Assembly (NCBI GenBank): GCA_026026165.1
Contig: JAPEUD010000002.1
Span: forward strand, 558,001 to 622,000
Source of the DNA: Sarea resinae
Lineage: Eukaryota
Length of the DNA: 64,000 nt
Direction of reading: 5' to 3'
This document shows positions 55,127 through 64,000 of the stretch, one piece after another. Below the pieces are notes generated by a model, which was not told where the DNA came from, made no database searches, and saw only the letters and a program-made list of their open reading frames with translations. Every line of letters begins with the position of its first letter. Position 1 is the first letter of the stretch. The position numbers and the translations under genes are program-made.

Positions 55127-58100
55127 ATGACGACTGCAAATTCGGCGTCTCGCGATGGATTACTCGTGTCCAAAAGGGCTGAGATCGCGTAAGTGTTGCA
55201 TATCATTCGATCGAGCGTCTCGATGCGACAAAGAAAAATCGCTCACTTTTCCCTCCAGAGGCTTGGTGTCGTCCCGAAAGCGCAAACTGCGTGAGCTCTT
55301 CGCCGTCGCACGGTCGGCTGAACGTGAACCGGTACCCCAACTCGCTAGCGACAACCTCACCCACGCCGAACAGGCCTTCCTGGATGCCAATGATCTGCAA
55401 AAGTATTTGAACTCCTCCACCCCCCCCACCTGCTTGATTATCAATTCGGACGCGTTTTCAAATCATCTGAAGTCAGGGCTAATGATTGATTCCAATTGCG
55501 CAGAGGCCGATTCTTCGCCGAATCCACTCTCCCTACGCGTCATCAATTCGTCCTAAATATCAACTCAATCTCGAAACCCGCAGACCAGTCGCAAGCGTCC
55601 CCGAATCCTCCAAATCCACAGCCCAATTCCACTCAATCACCTCTCAGCGCGGAAAAGAAAGAGCCATGGAGTCAAGGAATCGCCGGCGCAGGAGCGGACC
55701 GTGGCGCAACAGGGCACGATGTGGCTGTCTCAGCAGCGGACAATGAACCTTCACGAGGAGGGCAATCGGATCAAGTGGAGACTGTGGCCAGTACTCACAG
55801 AGAAGGTCAATCCCGCGATGTTTCGCCCGCACTGGATTCGGTCATAGATCGGACAACCGATGGAGTGAAGAACAATCCACCAGCATCAGCGACAGAACCG
55901 ACACTACCCACAGCCGATACGGAGCACGCTAGGATTGATGATGTTGTGGAGAGCCCAGCGGGAAGTCCAGGCATACAGCCGGCCAAAGCAATTCCACTAT
56001 CGCCCGAAGAGGTCGCCTCGTTACCCGGTAAGATCACGACTTCGGGGCTGGAGGGCGACCAAAAGGCTGCGAGAACTGTTCATCTACCACCCAAGGAAAA
56101 TCAGGAGCAGCACCTCAGAGATGTCGATCGTGGCCAAGGTATTGCTTTGAGGAGGGAGCAGAAGGAAGATGAGCAACGCCCTACCTCAGCCGGGTTGCAA
56201 ACGATGTCAGAGTTGATGTCTTCTCCAAGCTCAACAGTTGGACCTTATTCTACAAATACACCTGCCATGAATGGGCCCTCACCACTTACAAGCCCAGAGA
56301 ATGACACCACTCAAACGAAAATCCCCGGCGAAGATGCTGCTACCACCGCCGAGCACGACTCTCTTCTCAAGTCACAGATGAAAGTTGCGCGAGAGGCGGC
56401 ATTTGTCCACAGCCCCACGACAGCTGATGAACAATTGCGTCTCGAAGAACAACAGGCCGCTCGAGCTTCTACTCATACTCCATCAGATAACGCCGTCCCA
56501 TCAACTGTGCCTGAATCAGTTCCTACCGCCGATGAAGCAGCCGGACCAGCTGGTAATCCCCCCTTAACGGAAAAAGCTACAGAGATCGCAAAAGACATCA
56601 TGGAGGATGAAGACGCGGTAGATGCAACACAAACAGAAGAAAATGGTTCTGCCGAAAAGGGGCAGGGATGTGGAGCACAGAGCCAGCTTGAGGTCAGTGG
56701 CAATACGTCTTTGACCCCGAGTCAGCCGACTGCCAAGTCTGCAGACTCCAAGATGGATGTCGATGAGATTTGTACCCCTGGGAACAAAGCGGATGACGGA
56801 CAAGGTACATCTGAGGGCATGAAATCTGCTAAAGAAGAGCCGGAGAAGTCAGCACAAGCCAGTCCGCTAGATCAAAGTTCTGCTTCAAGCATAGCGAAAC
56901 CGGCAATGCCCCACGCGAAATCATTGCCCTCGCCATCAGCTCAATCCCCACCAGAGAGAATGACCACAAGGGTTTCATCTGGCGCCATCCGACATAAATC
57001 CGTGTCAGAGATTCTAGGCGAGGCACCAAAGATTTCTCTACCTCAAGTCGAAAGGGCCGCTGCCGAAAAGGCCCTTCCGCCTTCAAGTGCAATTGTCAGT
57101 GATCAAGATAATTCTACACCTGAATCAGGTCGGAACACGCCTCAGTCAGCCGCTACCAGGAAAAGAAACAATGAACGCCGCGAGAAAGAGCGAAGCAAGC
57201 TTTCAACCGTCATATTCACCAAGCAACAAGATCGCAGTAGAACGAGCTCGATGGTCCCCGCAGGGGGCCTGTCTACGAATGTCGTGCGTCCTCAGCAGGA
57301 GCAAAAAGACTATCTCCAGACATTATTCGCTGCGCAAGCATACTCGCAGCCCCGCTCACAACCCATCAATGTTCTTCTTGCATCCGCACACAAGACGCTC
57401 ACCACTTCCAATCATTACGTCGATTATACTGAACAGCAGGACTGTCGCATACTGAAAAGAATCTATCACCTGCAATTTGCGAATCGATGGTCTCTTCGCC
57501 AAATGAACCGTTCAGTGGAGCCGGCGCGCCCGGCGACTCACTGGGATGCATTGCTAGACCAAGCTAAATGGATGAGCACCGACTTTCGGGAAGAACGCAA
57601 ATGGAAATTAGCTGCTGCAAAGATGATGGCACATTGGTGTGCCGAATGGAAAAGCTCAAGTGCGGAAGAACGGCTTGCATTGCAGGTCAAGGTGAAGCCT
57701 TCTGCTTCTCTCAACACACAAGCCAAGTCGGAAGTCCAAGATAAAGATCGGGACATGGATACAGAATTGGACCTATCTCTTCCCGACTTCAACCAGGTTC
57801 CTCGTGCCACGCCGGAGCTGGTATCCTCTAACGAAGATGATCCCATGAGCGATGTTTTCGACTATGAAGAGCCAAGACTTGCGTCAATCAACGCAGTTGC
57901 TCCGGCCGCTATATTTTCACTTTCTCCCGAAGATATCAATTTCGGTATCCAGAGGACGCCAGCGACCGATGAATTGCTTTTGGAGCTCCCACTTTACGAG
58001 CCTATCAAGGAGCTAGCTCCTCCGGAACTCCAGCCTGCAGACATATCACCAGATAGCGAGTGGAAGACCTCCATACTGCCAATCTCTAAGTATGTGACCG

Positions 58101-60243
58101 GAAAGATCATCTACAAAGAAGAAGGGCCTCCACGCAAGCGTAGCCGCTATGATTATGATGATGAGTATGCAGATGCTATGTGGGATGTGCGAGTGGAAAA
58201 TTCTGGAACATCCTCTGATCTCAACGGTCATTTCCAACTACAGCCGGAGCAAAGGGACGTGGCTCTGTTTAATCCCGAGAACAAGCACATTCGAGATCGC
58301 ATTCAGGCCGGTCATGCTTTCAGACCGCCTTCAGAATTTCCAATGCCAACGCAAGGCTTCTTTGAATCTCGGACTTCATCTCAATGGACGTATACCGAAG
58401 ATGACGAGCTTCGAAAGCTAGTGAAGGAGTATTCTTACAATTGGTCGCTGATCGCAAGCTGTCTCTCACCCCCTTCAATGTTCTCTTCAGGTGCTGAGCG
58501 TCGCACGCCGTGGGAATGTTTCGAACGTTGGGTTGGCCTTGAAGGCCTACCCGCGGACATGTCAAAGACGCAGTACTTCCGTGCATATAACGCGAGACTC
58601 GAGGCCGCTCAAAGAAACATTATGGCACAGCAACAAGCTTCTCAACAACAGCAGCAACAACAACAAGGCAATAATGCTTCTCAGTCACTAACACCAATAA
58701 GGAGGCGGACAAGCCAGCCTATTAGAGTCGACAGGAGAAAGAATACGAAACATCTCGCTCTAATCGATGCAATGAGGAAGCTTGCCAAGAAACGAGAGAC
58801 TTCTATACAGAAGCAGCAGCATGGTAATTCCCACTTTGCACCTTGTTCTCATGATTCATTATTTTACGTCTTGTTGTGTGCCCGTACTGGAGGCTAACGG
58901 GAAATAATCTAGCTGCTGGACTGGCTGCTATGAGAAAGGCAAATGAAGCTGCACAGCCGAAAGCTCCTATTCACACACCGCAAGACTTCAGTCGGATGAA
59001 GTATGAGCGAGAGTGTAAGATGACAGAAAGAGCTGAAGCATACCGACAGCAGGTGCTTGCACAGCAGAGGGTATGACAAACGAAAGTGATCGAATGACTT
59101 CCCATTTCTAACGCTCGTCTATAGACTGCCTTGCAACAAAGATCTGCGCAGCAAGCGGCTCAACAGAATGCCGGACCCACTGCAGCAGTTCAGCATCAGC
59201 AGAGGAATCAAACGGCAGGTCCGATGAACGGTCCAAATCCTCTGGCCAATGCTTCTCTTCCCAATGGCCACATTCAGCCTGGACTTCCTGGCCAATCCCG
59301 TGCGCACCCGCCGCTTCAGGCGATGCAAAATGGTCTGGCCAATCAGCCAAACGGATCGTTGCCTGCGGGCATACCTGCAGGCCATCAAATGAATATGAAG
59401 GGTGTACCACAGGCCCAGATGCAAGCAAATCTGCAGGGGCAACAGCGTGCTCAACCTCAGATGACTGCTGACAACATGCGAGTCCTGATGGAAGCCAACC
59501 GTGTACAGCAAGAGCAGCAACGGTTTCTACATGCACAGAGACAACAGCAGCAACAGCATTTTCAAGGCCAGCCCCAACATCACCACCAACCTGGACAAGC
59601 TTCGCCGCCGAACCTCCCGAACAACCTGGCTGGCGTCAATCAAGGTAATCCGGCCATGCTGGCCGCCTTGCAGGCCGCAAACAATGCCAACGGTATGACT
59701 AGTCCTTCTGCCAATGTTATTAAACCTTCTGCCGGCTCTTCGGCGTCTCCGCGGGCGGCACATGTGCATCCTTCATCCCAAAGCCAAGCACAGCCACTAT
59801 CGAGCGGCATGGTCCCGACTGTGAACAACATCCAGCACCAATTGAAAGCTCGCCATCCTCAGATGTCGCAAGAGCAGATTCAAAAACTTACAAGCGAACA
59901 TCTCACTCAACAATATCAGCAGCGCATGTCCCAAGCTGCTATGAATGCTGCCGCTGGCACACCTCCGAATGTTATCAATAAAGATAACCACAACAATAAC
60001 AATCACTTTCCTCCGCCGCAGGGAATGAATGGTCCCATGAGTGGACAGTCGCAGCAGCTTTACGCGCAAATGATGCGAGCGCAACAATCCGGTCAAAGTC
60101 GAGGTGCTAGTGCTGGCCCGAATGGCGCAAGACCGCCTAGCAGGAGTGCAACTCCTCAAAATCAAAGAAGTGGAAGTGCGCAAAATGGACCAGGCCAGAG
60201 TCCACGACCACCACAGGCGCAGGTGGCTGGGGCTTCGTCATAG
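55127..60243 (+). CDS. EAF1: NuA4 scaffold subunit Eaf1/Vid21, 5 exons
   Basis: SRKRKLRELF; ERMTTRVSSGAIRHKSVSEILG; HSA domain (WSLRQM..HWDALLDQAKWMSTDFREERKWK); SANT/Myb (WTYTEDDELRKLVKEYSYNWSLIA..RRTPWECFERW); Gln-rich tail. Confidence 0.93.
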
Positions 60244-60777
60244 TGAAGCAACTCTGGACTTAACGGTAATCGATGTTCTTGTATATATGGTTAGGTTGGG
60301 AGGGTTTCGTCCGTTTTCTGCACCTTGGGTCTGGGTTCAAATGGCGCAGCTGCGGTTACGGGGTAGGGAGTTGATTCTTCCCGGCGGTCGAATCGGAGAG
60401 AATTGTCACATTTGTATCATAGGGGATTGGTCTTGTACCAGCAATTGATCGTCAGGGGACGTTTGGGAAACACGGTCTATCGACGGATTCATCCTATGAC
60501 TAGGTTGCTCCAATTGGGGATGCTCCAACGGCCATCAGCCTACCGGCTCTTATAGCCTTCAGGTAGTTCATGCATATACCCGTTTATCTATTATTCGGGC
60601 AACCAGGCTGTCGCAGTATCGACTCGCAAGGAACAACAAAATGCCGTATCCTGAATAACCAAATCTGCCGGCATCATAATATATGCCGGCTTTTCCATGA
60701 TATCCATTTAGGACACTCGAAGTCGAATATTTGACACCTTTGCCAAGTAGATCTGCTGAATTATCCCCTACGATGAA

Positions 60778-61505
60778 TCACATCATACTTTCCTCGGCTT
60801 TCAGCTTCTCTACTTGTCTATCTGCAGCGTCTTTCCTCTCTTCTCTTAAAGTGATAAAGACCTGAATGGTAAATCAGCGACAATGGCTTTTCCAGACCGC
60901 CCAATATCGAGTGGCGCCCCTCCACCACCGCCCCTCCCGGTAGTGTAAAGAGATGGAAAGACAAGCAAGACTCACCCAGAACCAAGTCACAAACTCGATG
61001 AACCCCAAACTGAACACGATACTGTTTTTCAAATGCTCGCCTGGCCCGCTGGAGTCATACGGCTTCCCTTCACCAGCAAGTTGCGACGCAATGCCGTCGC
61101 GCTTGAAGACGTACGGATATCCAGCGACGATGAAGAAAAAGAACAGCCGGACTGGCGCCTGCGCGCCGAAGTAGTAGCCCGCGATCTCCTCAGGCATGCT
61201 GACGGCTAGGAGATCCGAGAGGCCGACGAAGGCGGTCATGACGGATAGGAGGGCTAGCGGTGGGGAGCACGTTTCGAATGCGGGGGAGGAGGGCTGGCCA
61301 GACACACGATCAGATTCTTGCATCATGGGCCAAGTAGGAGGGCATCGAGGGAGACGGGATTGCTTACTAGACTCATTGATTCTCCGAGGACCCAGACGAA
61401 GGTTTGGTCTGCGATTATTTTGGGAGAGGTGAGGAGAAAGTAGGCGATGGTGATGTGGAAGATGGAGAGGGAGCGGATGATCGTGTTGGCTGAGAATATG
61501 GCCAT
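60778..61505 (-). CDS. ILM1: Ilm1-family membrane protein (increased loss of mitochondrial DNA), 3 exons
   Basis: MAIFSANTIIRSLSIFHITIAYFLL..VLGESM; YFGAQAPVRL; LKNSIVFSLGFIEFVTWFW|VFITLREER. Confidence 0.85.
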
Positions 61506-61912
61506 TTTGAGAGGCAATGCGAGCGATTCGGGGGACAACGAGGGGATCTTGGGGGATAGGATAAGGGGGATGAGGCTCGAGGATGAAGACCCAGGAGCTG
61601 CGGTGGACCTTTTGGATCGATCCAGGATGGGATTCAACCCGGGACGTGGAGATGGATTAATGATTTTCCGAGATCTGTTCGATCCAGTCCATTCTGGCTG
61701 ATAAGATATGATATGATTACCCATCCATCAGCGATCATCATCAACAAGGTGTCAAGCGCTGATGGCTCCGCTCGTATCGTGCATCGCAACATCCTGTTGC
61801 TCGTTGCAGGATCACAAGGTTGCGATCGAAGCCTCTGCAGATCGGACATAATATATACGCCAACGTGTTACTCACGGCCTGGACGGGGACTTGACCACCG
61901 GCTCCTCACACC

Positions 61913-64000
61913 ATGCCCCTCTCTGAAGATGACGAAGGCGCACCTACGCTGCATCGAGAGCGGCAGATTCGATACTGGCTGCGCTGTCTAAAGACCTATC
62001 TCCCAAGCGCATACACTTCCAACGACTCCAACCGCATGACTCTCGCCTTCTTCACCATTGCTGCTCTCGACGTTCTTGACGTCCTCACCTCTCACACCAC
62101 CCCCGCCGAACGCGCCGAATACACAGACTGGATCTACCACTGCCAACACCCCTCAGGCGGCTTCCGTGGCTTCCCCGCTACAGACTTCGGCGCACGCGCG
62201 ACGCCGGAAAACGCGGTGTGGGATCCGGCCAATCTACCTGCGACATTCTTCGCGCTGACTACGCTGATGCTGCTGAGGGATGATATGAAGAGGGTGAAGA
62301 GGAGGGAGTGCCTAGACTGGGTAAGACGATTGCAGAGGCCTGACGGTAGCTTTGGCGACTTATTAGGTGAGGGCGGTAAGATTGAGGGCGCGAGAGATAC
62401 GAGGTTTTGCAATCTAGCGGCTGGAGTGAGGTGGATTTTGAGGGGCACCGAAGAAAGTGACGCTGAGGAGGATATCGACGTTGACCAGCTGGTGCGATAT
62501 CTCAGATCCACTGAGGTAAGTCTGATTTCACATGTACCAATGGCCATTTCAGTTCCAATAATGCGGCTATTGACGATGCGACTATCACGAGCAGACATAC
62601 GACGGCGGCATATCGGATGCTCCTTTCACCGAAGCGCATGGTATGCATCAAAGGCCCCTCATTTTCCAAGCAAACGCTCCTTTTTAGTCCTCTAAACCAG
62701 AAACTTACTTCAGACCACTAAACAGCCGGCTTCGCCTACTGCGGCATCAGCGCCTTGACCTTCCTCGACCGTCTTCCCCCTTCGATTCCAAATCCCTACC
62801 ACCGCCTCCGCCCTTCGCATCCTGACAACACAACGACCAAAACCACATCCCACCCTCCCTTAATAGGCCTCACCTCTCCCTCCCACACAATCCACTGGCT
62901 GCTCTCGCGCCAAACCGCCACTCTCAGCGAACCCTCCGCCACCTCCACCCTCGGCGACGAGTCCGACACCCCGGCCACATGCCACGATGCACATACCTTC
63001 CTGCACAGCACCACGCCTTCCGTTCCACTCTCCGAGAAAGAAGTCCTCTCCTCCAACACGAACAGCGGTCCGAAAGACGAGCAAGAGAAGCAGAGACTCA
63101 AAGAGGCCCCGACGGCGTTTGATGGCCCGGAGATCAAGTGGGCCGGGTTCAATGGAAGATGCAACAAGATTGCGGATACGTGCTACTCGTTTTGGGTCGG
63201 CGCGTGTTTGGCTGTATGTTCATGTCACCATACTTCCATACCCCACAATATCGTCCGAGCTCGCTCTTCCCCACTTCTGAATACTGTTTCCGGTTCCCCT
63301 TCCCTTGTCTATCATCGGACACCCTACTATGCACTACACATCTTCATCATCTCCATTGCCATCATCATCACCATCAACGCGCCTTTCTCTTCTCCACTCA
63401 GTACTGCACCAGCTAACACAAGTAACAGATGCTCAACCAAATTCCGCTCCTAGACATATCATTGAATCGGAATTATCTGCTCGAGAAGACCCAACACCGT
63501 GCCGCGGGGGGCTTTGGGAAATTGCCCGGGGATCTGCCTGGTAAGTGATATATCTATTCTTCTTGATCCCTTGCCCCTCTTTCTCCCCTCTCTTTGCTCC
63601 TCCCCGGAAAGTCGCCCATCCTTCTTTCTTCTTTCTTTCTTTGGTTCTTCCGAACCGGTTGAGCAAGCCGTCTGCGCTCCATTCGTTTCTCTCGCTCTCC
63701 TGTCTGTCCTCCGCCATTTTCAGCCATCTCCACTTGTGAACCCCTACCACTCGCACTCGACCCTAACACTACCTCTCTCTCTCTTTCTCTCACTTACTCA
63801 CCCACCCACCCCCTCCATACCTCACTCACTCACTCATTCACTCACTCGCAAAAAATCATAGATATAATGCACTCGTACCTCGCACTAGCCGCTCTATCGC
63901 TCCTGGGCCTCCCGGGGCTCGCGGAAGTGGATCCCGCGCTAGGCATGGGCAAGGGCGCACGGGAATGGCTGGTGCGGCATGCGGAATGGTGGATCCGGGA
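61913..64000 (+). CDS. CDC43: Geranylgeranyltransferase type I beta subunit (3' end runs off the window)
   Basis: YWLRCLKTYLP..DSNRMTLAFF, GGFRG, NLPATFFAL, LQRPDGSFG, DTRF, TYDGG..EAH|AGFAYC, GFNGRCNKIADTCYSFW, GGFGKLPGDLP|DIMHSYL. Confidence 0.92.

Overview
Gene-dense, intron-containing DNA from a filamentous ascomycete (Pezizomycotina), with GT-AG introns and CTAAC/CTGAC-type branch points. I can support 20 protein-coding genes: enolase, RPT4, GH47 mannosidase MNS1, an M20 peptidase, a HAD hydrolase (YCR015C/Cto1-like), a BAR-PH-ArfGAP, a hot-dog thioesterase, a C2-domain protein, a GPI-type CFEM protein, an MFS transporter, a 14-3-3 protein, a SERCA-type Ca2+-ATPase, PUP3, a TUG/UBX protein, RPL36, a hybrid histidine kinase, MAK11, EAF1/VID21, ILM1 and CDC43 (truncated by the window end). 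There are many microsatellites and one short RIP-like AT-rich relic. I found no tRNA, rRNA, snRNA, CRISPR array or intact transposon. The most interesting non-coding signals are: (i) both long RPL36 introns fold into nested long-range hairpins; (ii) a TACTCCG/CGGAGTA palindromic motif recurs across the ~7 kb gene-free region upstream of the histidine kinase; (iii) splicing oddities, namely 14-3-3 microexons with a candidate 3'-UTR intron, an ATG-only first exon in PUP3 and an in-frame stop-free CFEM intron; (iv) patchy domains of microsatellite-rich, GC3-shifted sequence near gene 3' ends. Nothing here can be called a demonstrably new system from sequence alone. All exon structures were inferred by eye, with no database searches.
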